64,000 bases of DNA from Candidatus Poribacteria bacterium (GTDB lineage: Bacteria; Poribacteria; WGA-4E; UBA9662), in NCBI GenBank assembly GCA_046582655.1, contig JAYGDX010000336.1, positions 9,826 through 73,825 on the forward strand. Direction: 5' to 3'. This document shows, piece after piece, positions 1 to 10,668 of the stretch. Under the pieces are notes generated by a model. That model did no database searches. It saw nothing but the letters and a program-made list of their open reading frames with translations, and had not been told where the DNA came from. The translations under genes were made by a program, and so were the position numbers. Numbering within the stretch: position 1 is the first letter of the stretch; the number at the start of each line of letters is the position of its first letter.

Positions 1-2
1 TC

Positions 3-359
3 GCTTGTAAGTTGATCGACCAGCTTGGCACAGATCGGCTCAAAGTGCTTTGGGATCCTTGTAATAGTTTGTACTGCAACGAAAAGACATATCCTGACGG
101 TTATGCATTGCTCCGTGGCGGCTACCTTGAGCATATTCATATCAAAGATGCAATCGTTGATATTCCCAAAGCAACAGTACAATTCGCCGCTTTAAACACG
201 GGAGATATGGCAGTCTATCTTCAAGATTTGGCAAATGCTCTGAGGACGGATGGGTACGACGGCGTAATTTCACTTGAAAGTGTATATCGTCCCGAAGGCG
301 GTAGTTTCGAGGATGGTTTTAGAACATCCGTGAATGTTTTGAAACAGCTCTTCGCTTAG
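3..359 (+). CDS. Sugar phosphate isomerase/epimerase (AP endonuclease 2 TIM barrel), 5'-truncated by the window edge
   Basis: WDPCN, HIHIKD and GYDGVISLES motifs; the frame is open to the window start. Confidence 0.8.
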   Translation, partial: ACKLIDQLGTDRLKVLWDPCNSLYCNEKTYPDGYALLRGGYLEHIHIKDAIVDIPKATVQFAALNTGDMAVYLQDLANALRTDGYDGVISLESVYRPEGGSFEDGFRTSVNVLKQLFA

Positions 360-455
360 CTGTTTTTATCTTAGACACTTGCGGTAGGTATCACGCCGTT
401 TTTGTCAACTATCGTGTATTTGCTGATTGCTGATACCGTCCGATCTTCAAATCCG

Positions 456-485
456 TTGACTGCTATGATAGGTCTATTGTATAAT
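456..485 (+). promoter_or_regulatory. Putative sigma70 promoter of tyrS
   Basis: TTGACT-18 nt-TATAAT, ending 38 nt upstream of the tyrS start. Confidence 0.55.
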
Positions 486-522
486 GGCCAAGGCTCGTTT
501 GCGGTGAAAGAGGATATCGATT

Positions 523-1767
523 TTGCAGATAAATAAAGACATGAGTATTGATAATCAGATGACGCTCATCCGAAGGGGCGCGGTAGAGGTTATTTCTGAA
601 GATGAACTTCGTCAGAAGTTGATAACAGCTCGAGACGAAGATCGACCGCTTCGTGTTAAGCTTGGTCTTGATCCTACGGCGCCCGATATCCATCTGGGAA
701 TTGCGGTAGTTTTGCGGAAATTAAGATTATTTCAAGATCTTGGTCATGAAGTAATCATCATTATCGGTGACTTTACGGCAGCTATCGGCGATCCAAGTGG
801 CAAGTCAAAAACTCGACCACAACTTTCTGTTGATGAAATCCAAGCTAACGCTGAAACGTATGAAAAACAGTATTGTCAGATTCTTGATCCAGAAAAGACT
901 CAGGTTGTTTTCAATAGTGAATGGCTAGATCGGATGGCATTCTCTGACGTAATAAAATTAACAGCCAGAACAACCGTTGCCCGAGTGCTAGAGCGTGACG
1001 ACTTCGTTAAGCGTCTGGAAAGCAACACATCGATCGGAGTTCATGAGATCCTATATCCAATTTGTCAAGGATATGATTCTGTCGTGCTGAAAGCAGATAT
1101 AGAGATGGGAGGAACGGATCAGAAGTTCAACAATCTCATGGGACGAGACTTGCAGCGTGCTGATGGTCAGGAACCGCAAGTTGTTTTGCTGATGCCGCTT
1201 CTCGTTGGCTTAGATGGTACGGAAAAAATGAGTAAATCGCTCGGCAACTACGTTGGGATTTATGAATCACCAAACGATATGTACGGTAAGCTGATGTCTA
1301 TTCCTGATGAATTAATTTTTACCTACTTTGAGTTGACAACTGATGTTCCACTTGATGAGATGCATGAGATGCAGTCTGCGTTCAATAGCGGCGAGCTTCA
1401 TCCCAAGGTTGCAAAACAGCGTCTAGCGAGAGAAGTGGTCAGTATATATAGCCATCGGGACGTCGCCCAATCAGCAGAGGCTCATTTTGAACGCGTTCAT
1501 AAACACAAAGAATTACCAGTAGAGATCCCTGAAGTTGCGATCTCCCAAAAAAACTTTACCGACGGCAAGATTTGGATTGCGCATATCATAGCGGAATCCA
1601 ATTTCGCCCAGAGCTCTAGCGAAGCAATACGATTGGTGAAACAAGGAGCTGTCAGGTTAAACGGAGAAAGGATCACAGATGACAAAGCAACGATTGAGTT
1701 TCAAAATGAAACTGTACTCCAAGTTGGCAAACGCAAATTTGCTAGACTCATCTTATCAAGCACTTAG
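523..1767 (+). CDS. tyrS: Tyrosine--tRNA ligase
   Basis: KLGLDPTAPDIHLG, YPICQGYDS, GGTDQKFN and KMSKS motifs; C-terminal S4 domain; start is TTG 523 or ATG 541. Confidence 0.97.
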   Translation: MQINKDMSIDNQMTLIRRGAVEVISEDELRQKLITARDEDRPLRVKLGLDPTAPDIHLGIAVVLRKLRLFQDLGHEVIIIIGDFTAAIGDPSGKSKTRPQLSVDEIQANAETYEKQYCQILDPEKTQVVFNSEWLDRMAFSDVIKLTARTTVARVLERDDFVKRLESNTSIGVHEILYPICQGYDSVVLKADIEMGGTDQKFNNLMGRDLQRADGQEPQVVLLMPLLVGLDGTEKMSKSLGNYVGIYESPNDMYGKLMSIPDELIFTYFELTTDVPLDEMHEMQSAFNSGELHPKVAKQRLAREVVSIYSHRDVAQSAEAHFERVHKHKELPVEIPEVAISQKNFTDGKIWIAHIIAESNFAQSSSEAIRLVKQGAVRLNGERITDDKATIEFQNETVLQVGKRKFARLILSST

Positions 1768-1769
1768 AG

Positions 1770-2429
1770 ATGCATGTTTGTCTTCTTCTGCCTGCCTACA
1801 ATGAAGCAAAAACGATAGGTCAAGTTGTTCGGGAAGCGTCAGAGTTTGTAAATGATATTCTTGTCATTGACGATGGATCAGTTGATAAAACTGCACAGAT
1901 TGCAGAAGAAGCCGGCGGGAAAGTCATCAAACACAGTACGAACCTTGGTAAGGGAATGGCGCTTCGTACAGGGTTTGACTACGTTTCACAGAAAGGTTAC
2001 GATTTGATCGCTACTATGGATAGTGACGGTCAACATCAGCCAAGTGATCTACCTCGTTTCATTGATTATTTTAAGAATAATAAACCAGATATTATAATTG
2101 GGGCGCGAATACATGATAGAATTAAGATGCCTCGACATCGTCGGTTTAATAATTGGCTGGTTTCATCGGTAGGGTCAGCCCTCTGTGGTCAGGAGGTGAA
2201 GGACTTTCAATCCGGATTTCGCCTAATCCGAACAGAAGTCCTCAGATCAGTTGAACTCCATACCGAACGCTATGAAACAGAATCTGAATTGCTAATTAAA
2301 GCAGGACGAATTGGATTCAAAATTCAGAGTATTCCAATTAATACTATTTATAATGCTGAAGTAAGCAATATCAAGCCACTACGCGAAATGAGGCTCTTTA
2401 CAAAGTTGCTGATCAATTCACTCAAATAG
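1770..2429 (+). CDS. Glycosyltransferase family 2 (DPM1-like)
   Basis: PAYNE, VIDDGSVD, NLGKG, MDSDGQH and DFQSGFR motifs. Confidence 0.92.
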   Translation: MHVCLLLPAYNEAKTIGQVVREASEFVNDILVIDDGSVDKTAQIAEEAGGKVIKHSTNLGKGMALRTGFDYVSQKGYDLIATMDSDGQHQPSDLPRFIDYFKNNKPDIIIGARIHDRIKMPRHRRFNNWLVSSVGSALCGQEVKDFQSGFRLIRTEVLRSVELHTERYETESELLIKAGRIGFKIQSIPINTIYNAEVSNIKPLREMRLFTKLLINSLK

Positions 2430-2487
2430 GGTCGACGTCTTAACAAATGAGATAGGTGTCAATAAAAAATCATCTTTTTGGCATGTC

Positions 2488-4920
2488 TCAGTGTGGTATT
2501 TTGGCCTTGTGAGCTCCAATACTTTTTGAGATGGCTGGTATTAAAATATTCGATGTATTCTTTGAATAGTCGAAGATGGCAAAACCAGCAGATCCGAATT
2601 GTCGAGTGAGGTAGATTTGAGCAGCTACCTGATCAACAGGTAGGCTGAAAATCGAGGCAGTCGCACCAATACCCGGGTAAACGGGAAAGTTTCTTGGAAG
2701 AATATTTTTGTGGTTCTGCACCATTTGGGAAAAATGGTCATTGTCGGCAGTATAGTTCATTGGACAGAGGAAATCAACGTAACCGAGTTTAGCCCATTTG
2801 ACCCAATCTTGTCCTATTGATTGAACACAATACGGGTAGTCGTTAAAAACAGCAGCTGAGATTTTCAGGTTAGGTCGAGTTAATTTTGCTTTTTCGCTGA
2901 CTGCTTTAACGAGGATTGTAATCTGATCTGCCCGCCAAGCGATAAATTTCTTTCGCATTTCACCTGATTTCAAGACATTAGCCGGCCAATTTTTGACTTT
3001 CTGATTAATTGACCGGGTAAAACCTTGTCGGCAATTATCGCAGTAGCATCCATCCGAACTTGGATACCGGATGTAATCGAAATGAATACCGTCGATATCA
3101 TATTTCTTGGTTACTTCGATCAGACTATCTATCTCCAGTTTCCGGTTATCCTGATGTGATGGACAGAGCCAAAGAATCTCGGTGTTGGTTTTCGATTTTT
3201 GTAGTCGGTTTTCTTGACGTAACGTTTCCACAAATGATTTTGGCGCATTACTTAAATTCCAGTTTACTTTCCAAATATGTACCTCTAAACCATGTTTTCT
3301 GGCAGCCAATACACACTGACTGATCTGATCCCCGTAATGATCGAAAGTCCAGCTTCTCGGCAGAATATCGCTCGCGTAATGTGCAAGCCCCGCCCACAAC
3401 ATGTTGGGGAAAATCATGTTGAATCCGGCAGCGGCCAGTTCATAGGCGGAACGATCCCAGTCACCGGGATACGCTCCTGTTCCAGAATGGTTCCAAATAG
3501 CGCGCCCTTCCACTGTTGGGTTGTCCTGTGAAAACAGGTAAGCTTGGGACAACAGATCTCGAGCTTGCCCCGACATTTCAATTGCCGAGGCAATATTGCC
3601 GTTTTCATAATTCCTAATTGCGTTCTCGTGTATATTCTTGGCCCGATTTAGTAATTTCGTTGCTTCGCTTTTGCTAGATCTTTTAATAAACCTCTCCAGT
3701 TTATCTCTGTCAGTGAAATGGCCGACGCGCATCATGTTGCCAATTAAATGTTTAGCAATCATTTGATGTATGTTTGGGAAAAAATGACCGACAACAGCGG
3801 CTAACATTTGCTGTTTCTGGGCAAGGTCGTCGTTCAAGATTAGATGTGAGAAAAACGCTCCATATTTGCCGACGATCACAGCTGGATATTTACTTGGATT
3901 TCCTTCACTGTCGTACCATATACCGACCACACGACTTCGGTTATCTATTGGTTCCGCCACGGTAATATTCCATGATGCTTGCTTCACCGATTTGGGGAAG
4001 CCATGTTGCTCAGGAAACCGAATTTCAGCGAACTGTCCATCGTTTTCTTCCTGTACCCAGCCAGTGGGCCTGACCCCAATTAATTGGGCAACATTTTTAT
4101 CTAACTTGTAAATAGCAAGAATTTTCCCCCCTGATACAATAAGCTCCTTCAAGGCAATGGCCAGTTTTGGAGACACTTTAGGATTCATAGGCAGAACAAC
4201 GAATTTGTACTTATGTCTCACTAATAGATTGACTGATGGTGAATGGTCTGTTACAGAATCGCTTAGTAGACCAATTGTTGCAAACATTCTGCTGAGAGTT
4301 TGGGCGAATTTCTTGGCTGTCTCAACTTCCTTTAATTGGCATCCTGATTTAGTGGTTGGTAAGATTATGGCAATTTGGCTACGCCGTGCCAATAACCGGT
4401 CCAACACAAACTGGCAGTCCTCCTTTTGAGCGGACCAGGCGGAGAGGCGAATACCGGTGATGTTATGCCATCCATCTGGGTTTCCTTCTGGATGGAACTC
4501 CAACTTATTGAAAGTCAATCTCTGCCAGCCTAATTTAGCCATAGGTGAGTAACAACCAAACCATCCATCACCACTTTTAAAGTAGAGAGTAAAGGCATGA
4601 AAAGCCCATGGTTCTAATAGAAAGATGTCAAGGGTGAAAGAACCGTACATACTGAGGTCAAGTTCGATGTCTCGATCATAACTTACCCGCTGAATCCCCT
4701 GTGAAAAATGAGCGTTAGACTTCAATCCATAGCCATGACGAATAATTTTCACTACGTCTGGCGGTTCACTCTGTACCCCTCGCCAAACCTTTTGTATTTT
4801 CAAGTTGGTTTCGTAGTCAAAGTCATCAATTACCATTTCAGTTGCAGTTGGATCTGTTTCAATTGCGAAGCTTAAACGTACCAACGATAGGATGAAACAT
4901 ATGTATTTTAACAATTTCAC
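2488..4920 (-). CDS. Secreted GHL10 (DUF187) family glycosyl hydrolase-like protein with N-terminal accessory domains
   Basis: Signal peptide; EGRAIW, GLEVHIW, WLCPS, YDIDGIHFDYIRYP, QDWVKW and DFLCPMNY motifs. Confidence 0.85.
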   Translation of the reverse strand: MKLLKYICFILSLVRLSFAIETDPTATEMVIDDFDYETNLKIQKVWRGVQSEPPDVVKIIRHGYGLKSNAHFSQGIQRVSYDRDIELDLSMYGSFTLDIFLLEPWAFHAFTLYFKSGDGWFGCYSPMAKLGWQRLTFNKLEFHPEGNPDGWHNITGIRLSAWSAQKEDCQFVLDRLLARRSQIAIILPTTKSGCQLKEVETAKKFAQTLSRMFATIGLLSDSVTDHSPSVNLLVRHKYKFVVLPMNPKVSPKLAIALKELIVSGGKILAIYKLDKNVAQLIGVRPTGWVQEENDGQFAEIRFPEQHGFPKSVKQASWNITVAEPIDNRSRVVGIWYDSEGNPSKYPAVIVGKYGAFFSHLILNDDLAQKQQMLAAVVGHFFPNIHQMIAKHLIGNMMRVGHFTDRDKLERFIKRSSKSEATKLLNRAKNIHENAIRNYENGNIASAIEMSGQARDLLSQAYLFSQDNPTVEGRAIWNHSGTGAYPGDWDRSAYELAAAGFNMIFPNMLWAGLAHYASDILPRSWTFDHYGDQISQCVLAARKHGLEVHIWKVNWNLSNAPKSFVETLRQENRLQKSKTNTEILWLCPSHQDNRKLEIDSLIEVTKKYDIDGIHFDYIRYPSSDGCYCDNCRQGFTRSINQKVKNWPANVLKSGEMRKKFIAWRADQITILVKAVSEKAKLTRPNLKISAAVFNDYPYCVQSIGQDWVKWAKLGYVDFLCPMNYTADNDHFSQMVQNHKNILPRNFPVYPGIGATASIFSLPVDQVAAQIYLTRQFGSAGFAIFDYSKNTSNILIPAISKSIGAHKAKIPH

Positions 4921-5014
4921 TCCAGGATTTCAGCCTCTCAAGCGACGGAATCTTAACGTAAAAGCTTGGCACTGTCAAGCTAACTAAAGTGATACTTACC
5001 TTGGCCTGTCTGCG

Positions 5015-5043
5015 TTGATATGATGTAGAATACGTGTTATAAT
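5015..5043 (+). promoter_or_regulatory. Putative extended -10 sigma70 promoter of the gmk operon
   Basis: TTGATA-17 nt-TATAAT with TGn immediately before the -10 box. Confidence 0.65.
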
Positions 5044-5080
5044 TGCATGCCAAAATTGAAACGAGTCATTAGTACCAAAC

Positions 5081-5731
5081 ATGTGGCAAAATAGAGTTAG
5101 AAGACAGGGATCTATTATTGTCATTTCCGGTCCATCCGGGGTGGGAAAGGGTAGTGTTATCGATTTGCTTTGTCAGCAAGATGAAAATCTTGTAAAGTCA
5201 ATATCGGCGACCACTCGTACGCCACGTCCCCACGAAATTGACGGCGTTGATTACCATTTCGTATCGGTTTCCAAGTTTAAAAATTTGATTGGCCGAAGCG
5301 GGTTGGTTGAATGGACACAATACGGTGAAAACTATTACGGTACTTTGAGATCGATGGTTGAATCAACAACCGCGTCCGGAAAAGATTTAATACTGGAAAT
5401 TGATGTTGATGGTGTCATACAACTCCGAGAGCTTGGAATCGAAGGGACCTTTGTTTTTATTTTGCCACCGTCCACAGAGGTTTTAGCAAACCGGCTTCGT
5501 GGTCGAGGAACAGAATCGCAAACTGAGATTGATCACCGCTTGGCACGTGCCAGAACCGAAGTTTATTTTGCCAAGGACTATGATTTCTGGGTGATTAATG
5601 CCGACAATCAAATAGGTCAAACCGTTTCGGAAATCCTTCAAGTTATTTATACGGAACGACATCGAATCGATCAGGTGATACTGAAGCAAATCTATGACGT
5701 GTTTGATGCCATCATACCTGAAAACAGATAA
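5081..5731 (+). CDS. gmk: Guanylate kinase
   Basis: ISGPSGVGKG P-loop; SATTRTPRPHEIDGVDYHF, NYYGT and LEIDVDG motifs. Confidence 0.97.
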   Translation: MWQNRVRRQGSIIVISGPSGVGKGSVIDLLCQQDENLVKSISATTRTPRPHEIDGVDYHFVSVSKFKNLIGRSGLVEWTQYGENYYGTLRSMVESTTASGKDLILEIDVDGVIQLRELGIEGTFVFILPPSTEVLANRLRGRGTESQTEIDHRLARARTEVYFAKDYDFWVINADNQIGQTVSEILQVIYTERHRIDQVILKQIYDVFDAIIPENR

Positions 5732-5736
5732 ATACT

Positions 5737-6939
5737 TTGGAACTAAAGAACAAGAACATCATTTTAGGAGTATCCGGTTGCATCGCGGTTCACAAATCAT
5801 TGGATGTCGCAAGTCAACTGGTGAAGCAAGGGGCGTCCGTTCATGTTGTGATGACGTCAAACGCGACACGCATGGTTCAGCCGATACAATTCCAAGTCAT
5901 ATCCCGGAATCCTGTTCTCCTCAATCTTTACGATTCTAAGGACGATTGGCAACCACCGCATATTAGTCTGGCTGATCTGGCTGACCTGCTTGTGGTTGCT
6001 CCTGCCACAGCCAATATTGTGGGTAAAATTGCTAATGGGATCGCAGATGATGCCCTTTCCACGGTAGCAATTTCAGTTCATTGCCCCGTACTGTTAGCTC
6101 CCGCCATGAACAGTTACATGTATCAAAACGCCTTTGTAGAAAAGAACCTGCAAAAGCTCAGGAAAAACGGTGTCAACCTGATTGAACCGGCAAGTGGTCT
6201 GCTTGCTTGTGGTCATGAAGGAATCGGCCGATTGGAGGATGTAGATGTTATCCTTGATCGAATTGTAAGTGTGCTGGTTCCTAAAAGGGATCTGGTTGGT
6301 AGAAAAGTGATTGTTACCGCTGGACCAACGCGCGAATATATTGATCCAATCCGATTTATCACCAATAGATCAAGTGGTCGGATGGGGTATGCTATTGCGG
6401 AAACGGCTATGGCCCGTGGAGCTAAAGTCACGCTGATTAGTGGTAAAACGCATCTAGAAGCACCCGCTAACCTTGAATTCCGTCAAGTTGAAACAGCGGC
6501 CGAGATGAGAAAAGCGATTCTGGATGATTTTGATACGGCAGATGTCGTCATCATGTCAGCGGCGGTAAGCGATTATCGTCCCAGTGAATATAGCTCAGTC
6601 AAAATAAAAAAGACCGAAGAACCAATGACAATCCCGCTGAGTCGAAATGCTGATATTTTGTTAGATCTCGGCAACCGAAAAGATCCAGATCAACTCCTTA
6701 TTGGTTTTGCTGCTGAAACGGACAATATTCTTCAGAATGCACAACAGAAACTTGTTAGCAAGAACCTCGATCTCATTATCGCAAACGATGTGTCTGCAGA
6801 AGGCGCTGGTTTTGAAGTAGACACAAATATCGTTAGCATCATTGATGGTGGTGGAAAGTGCGATCAGCTTCCTTTGATGTCAAAACATGATATTGCCGAC
6901 CAGATTTTGAACCGTGTTGTTCAGCTTTTTCAGAAATGA
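5737..6939 (+). CDS. coaBC: Bifunctional phosphopantothenoylcysteine decarboxylase/ligase
   Basis: APATAN, PAMN, LACGHEGIGRL, TAGPTRE-IDPIRFITNRSSGRMG, AAVSDY and GFAAET motifs. Confidence 0.97.
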   Translation: MELKNKNIILGVSGCIAVHKSLDVASQLVKQGASVHVVMTSNATRMVQPIQFQVISRNPVLLNLYDSKDDWQPPHISLADLADLLVVAPATANIVGKIANGIADDALSTVAISVHCPVLLAPAMNSYMYQNAFVEKNLQKLRKNGVNLIEPASGLLACGHEGIGRLEDVDVILDRIVSVLVPKRDLVGRKVIVTAGPTREYIDPIRFITNRSSGRMGYAIAETAMARGAKVTLISGKTHLEAPANLEFRQVETAAEMRKAILDDFDTADVVIMSAAVSDYRPSEYSSVKIKKTEEPMTIPLSRNADILLDLGNRKDPDQLLIGFAAETDNILQNAQQKLVSKNLDLIIANDVSAEGAGFEVDTNIVSIIDGGGKCDQLPLMSKHDIADQILNRVVQLFQK

Positions 6940-7790
6940 GCCTAAAACAAAAAGTTCGTGATTTTGTTTGTCATACTGGTAGGTATCCGAATAAGAGACT
7001 GGGGCAGAATTTTCTAATTGATGCCAATATTTTACCGAAGATTGTGTCCGAAGCAGATATAGAACCCGTAGACTTGGTGATTGAAATTGGCGCTGGACTG
7101 GGGTTTCTGACATCCGAAATTGTGAAGCGGGCTAACAAGACTGTCACTATTGAGATTGATAGTTTTTTGTGTGAAACGCTACGCCAGCAATTCTCGGATA
7201 TTCCAGATTTTACGCTAGTTGAAGATGATGTTCTCCAATTGAACCTCTCCCGTTTTTTTTTAGGTTATGATCGGAAAAATGTAAAGATTATCGGTAATTT
7301 GCCCTATTATGCCTCCACACCAATTGTATGGAAACTGCTTAAATATAATCAACACATCAGTTGTTGTTTGCTGATGTTTCAGACAGAGGTTGCTCGGCGT
7401 ATCGTGGCATCACCAGGAAGTAAGGATTATGGCGCGTTGTCAATCGGTATCGATTACTACGCAAAAGCTGAGGTGGTTCTGCATCTATCGCCCAATCAAT
7501 TTTATCCAGTTCCGAAAGTAAGTTCTTCGCTAGTTAAACTCACTTTACGCCCCCAGCCCAAAGTTTTAGTAAAAGACGAGGTGTTGTTTTTTCAACTTGT
7601 ACGTTCCGCTTTCCAGTTTAGACGTAAAATGTTACGGAACGCGATTGAAAATGGTTGTATTAATCTTGATATGGAGCAAATGAATCGAGTATTTACAATT
7701 TTAAAAATTGATTCGAATCGGAGAGGCGAGACGTTATATATCTCGGAATTTGCTGAAATTGCTAATACTTTCACCGCAACAACAGGTTAA
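6936..7790 (+). CDS. rsmA: 16S rRNA m6,2A1518/1519 dimethyltransferase
   Basis: KRLGQNFL, EIGAGLG, GNLPYY and FQFRRKMLRN motifs; ATGA overlap with coaBC. Confidence 0.96.
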   Translation: MSLKQKVRDFVCHTGRYPNKRLGQNFLIDANILPKIVSEADIEPVDLVIEIGAGLGFLTSEIVKRANKTVTIEIDSFLCETLRQQFSDIPDFTLVEDDVLQLNLSRFFLGYDRKNVKIIGNLPYYASTPIVWKLLKYNQHISCCLLMFQTEVARRIVASPGSKDYGALSIGIDYYAKAEVVLHLSPNQFYPVPKVSSSLVKLTLRPQPKVLVKDEVLFFQLVRSAFQFRRKMLRNAIENGCINLDMEQMNRVFTILKIDSNRRGETLYISEFAEIANTFTATTG

Positions 7791-9212
7791 ATGAAGAGAA
7801 TTGTCTGTTTCTATATCCTTCCTTTGGTTACTCTCTGTTTGTCATGCGTGAATTCGATAAATACGCAAAGGGCTTTTCAGCAAGCATCCTTGAAGCATGA
7901 CCGGATGGTGCAGGAACCAACGAGTACTTCGGAGTTTAAATGGCATTTACTGATCGGTGAGTTTGAGCGTATTCTTGAAGCGGAACCCAACGGTGAGATG
8001 GCTGATGACACGAGATGGGCAATCGCTTCCTGTTGGATGTGGCTCGCTCAATCGGAGGGAGAATCAACTGAAGGATCAAGGCAGCGCGCAATAGAAGCAT
8101 TTAATCAGTTGATTACCAATCACTTGGATTCTGAATATATTCCCGAAGCATATTTCTGGTTGGGATGTTGCTATCGCGATATTAAAGACCCTGATCAAGC
8201 AGAATTGAAATTTCAGACGGTTTTGGATCAGTATCCAAATCATCAGATTGTACAGAATACACGATTGGAGTTAGAAAGACTTTCAACCTCTAAAATTGAG
8301 TCGAAACTGGAACAGAAAGTACAATTTTTCTTGCCGACATCACAGCCAAGGAATGAAGAGCTGGTAGTGAGTTCTTCTCTGCCAGATGTGTCCTTAACTA
8401 AGTCTGTAGCCAGTACCTCGACTATAGAACCTGAAGTCTCACCAGAAGATGGGAACGGCACCCCTGAAATTGAATCAGCTAATCTAGTAGAGGTATCGCC
8501 TAAGATAATCGAGGATCCTTCACTGGTACAACAACTTGGATTAAACGTACGAAAAATTGTTATAGATCCTGGTCATGGATCAAAAGATCCAGGTGCTGTT
8601 AGCAGTTTCGGAAAAGAGAAATCAGTTGTCTTAAGTTTATCCAAGATTCTGCGTAATTTGTTGGTCAACAAAGGGTATGACGTACGCATGACACGCGAAG
8701 CCGATAGATTCATTCCACTTCAGGACCGACCGGAATTTGCAAACAATCAAGGGGCAGATCTCTTTCTCAGTATTCATGTGAACGCACACAAAAATCCAAA
8801 AGTATCTGGAATTGAAACCTATTATCTGGCGTTAGCCTCGGACGCGTCCGCCAGTGAGACGGCTGCACGTGAAAACGTGGGAGCAAGCTATAGCATTCAG
8901 GAATTAGACTTGTTAGTATCTAAAATTTTGCACGAAAGTAAAAGTGAGGAAAGTCAACGTCTGGCAGAGTGTGTGCAGTCGGAGTTAATTTACACAACAG
9001 GCTTGGTAAATCGTGGCGTCAAACACGCACCATTCGTTGTTCTTATTGGTACAAAGGTTCCGGCAATTTTGATTGAAATTGGGTTTCTATCAAATGAAAT
9101 TGAAGCCAAGCAACTTATCACGGTCGAGTATCAGCAGAAACTTGCTGCAGCAATCGTTTCCGGAGTAGAAGATTATGTTGCCAACGTGCCAAAAATTACA
9201 AAGAAGAAATAA
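7791..9212 (+). CDS. N-acetylmuramoyl-L-alanine amidase (Amidase_3) with a putative lipoprotein signal and N-terminal TPR region
   Basis: IDPGHGSKDPGA, SIHVNA and PAILIEIGFLSN motifs; N-terminal LCLSC lipobox; helical TPR-like segment. Confidence 0.9.
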   Translation: MKRIVCFYILPLVTLCLSCVNSINTQRAFQQASLKHDRMVQEPTSTSEFKWHLLIGEFERILEAEPNGEMADDTRWAIASCWMWLAQSEGESTEGSRQRAIEAFNQLITNHLDSEYIPEAYFWLGCCYRDIKDPDQAELKFQTVLDQYPNHQIVQNTRLELERLSTSKIESKLEQKVQFFLPTSQPRNEELVVSSSLPDVSLTKSVASTSTIEPEVSPEDGNGTPEIESANLVEVSPKIIEDPSLVQQLGLNVRKIVIDPGHGSKDPGAVSSFGKEKSVVLSLSKILRNLLVNKGYDVRMTREADRFIPLQDRPEFANNQGADLFLSIHVNAHKNPKVSGIETYYLALASDASASETAARENVGASYSIQELDLLVSKILHESKSEESQRLAECVQSELIYTTGLVNRGVKHAPFVVLIGTKVPAILIEIGFLSNEIEAKQLITVEYQQKLAAAIVSGVEDYVANVPKITKKK

Positions 9213-9804
9213 TTTTTTCGATGGTTATTGCACTACCTTGCCAACTTCTCCTGACATTGTGCTTAAAATACGGGAAGGTCATTACGCGTTACGTTTGATA
9301 AACGAGATCCAACCCACACTCAAAGCTGGAGGCCTAGCCAAATTTTCGTTCCTGGACGAATAGAAGATGATTGTGAGGAAGCGCGGCGTTAGAAGATGAA
9401 TTTGCTTTGAGTGATGGGGCCTTTAGACAATTTGAAAGAGCTAGCCAAAGATCTGGTAGTAGAAAAGCTTGGTTTTTGGAATAATAAATCTGGGAATCAA
9501 GCTAGATTAACGCAATTTTAAAACATCTGATAATCACTTATCTAATGGGTGCAAGGAATTCTGGATTGGGTCCTTGTTTTACCGATTTCCTAACTTTTAG
9601 TGGAATCAGTTCTGGGGTATGTAGAGGGCGTTTATTCGGAAAAAGGTAATCCAAACTAATGGTAAAATCAATATCTGAATTGTGTCATATTAAGAAAACC
9701 GAACGCGACCAATTTTGTGTCTATTTCCAGAATACTCGAAATTTTGTTTTTGAACCTAGTATCAAGACACTTTGAAGACTTCGTAACTTGAATGGAGATA
9801 TAAA

Positions 9805-10554
9805 ATGCACCTTCGTTATGCAGATCTTTCACTTCCTCAGTCTCTACCTAACGGAAAAGTTCTTGTTTACCCAACTATAAATCAAGACTGCCGGACGCTT
9901 AATCATTTTAATCGACGGGCGCTGAATTCTGGTTGTAGTACTTCCGATTTTATCCATCCGTCTGTTGAATCTTTTTGGGTCATTATCAGTGGTACAGGTA
10001 CGATGAAACTTGGTTCTGAAACTTTTACCGTTCAGCCGCGTAGTCTAATTATTATCCCGCCTGATGTTCCGCATTCTCTGGTTGCAGACCAATCACCTAT
10101 TGACTGGTTCGACTTGTCGTTCCATTCAGCCGTTTGGAAAACAGCCGCTAAAGCGTTACTGGATGGTATTGGAGAACCACATGGAGATCATATTCAAGGC
10201 CAACCAATGTTGATTGAAGGGGAAAAACTGCCACCGCAAGAGGGCAACACATGTTACAGATATCCTCATGCGCGTCCGCATTCGACTTTGGATCACTGGG
10301 ATCAGAATAGCAATGAACCTGGGACTCGTGCAGCCGACCATGTTCATGAAGAGCACGAAGAGTTTTGGTATATCCATCAAGGTTCTGGGTATGTTGAACA
10401 GGATGACCGGATTTTTACCGTTACGGCTGGGGACCTAATTGGACATCCGCCCGGAGTGCATCATACACTGGTTGCTGATAAGGAACCAATCCGTTGGTAC
10501 TGTTTCTGCATGAACCGATGGTTAATGCCACTGGTGAGTGACGTTCTGGTTTAG
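9805..10554 (+). CDS. Two-domain cupin protein
   Basis: Two cupin barrels (ESFWVIISGTG...IPPDVPHSL and HVHEEHEEFWYIHQGSG...HPPGVHHTL); GGAG RBS. Confidence 0.85.
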   Translation: MHLRYADLSLPQSLPNGKVLVYPTINQDCRTLNHFNRRALNSGCSTSDFIHPSVESFWVIISGTGTMKLGSETFTVQPRSLIIIPPDVPHSLVADQSPIDWFDLSFHSAVWKTAAKALLDGIGEPHGDHIQGQPMLIEGEKLPPQEGNTCYRYPHARPHSTLDHWDQNSNEPGTRAADHVHEEHEEFWYIHQGSGYVEQDDRIFTVTAGDLIGHPPGVHHTLVADKEPIRWYCFCMNRWLMPLVSDVLV

Positions 10555-10668
10555 GTCTAATTCTGACAGTCTTAATTCGAAAACTTGCAGATCGACTAAT
10601 GTGTTGTTATATGACCGACAGCCTGCCAAAATCTGAACTGGCAATGTAGTTTAAGCCTCATGGTTTTA

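Noticed and set aside
360..522. T-box leader upstream of tyrS
   Set aside because: There is no T-box consensus or terminator, and a promoter lies directly before the gene.
9213..9804. Long spacer possibly hiding an RNA gene or gene remnant (also 21000-21560, 32800-33270 and 57400-57890)
   Set aside because: No tRNA cloverleaf, repeat or recognisable reading frame could be identified by eye.
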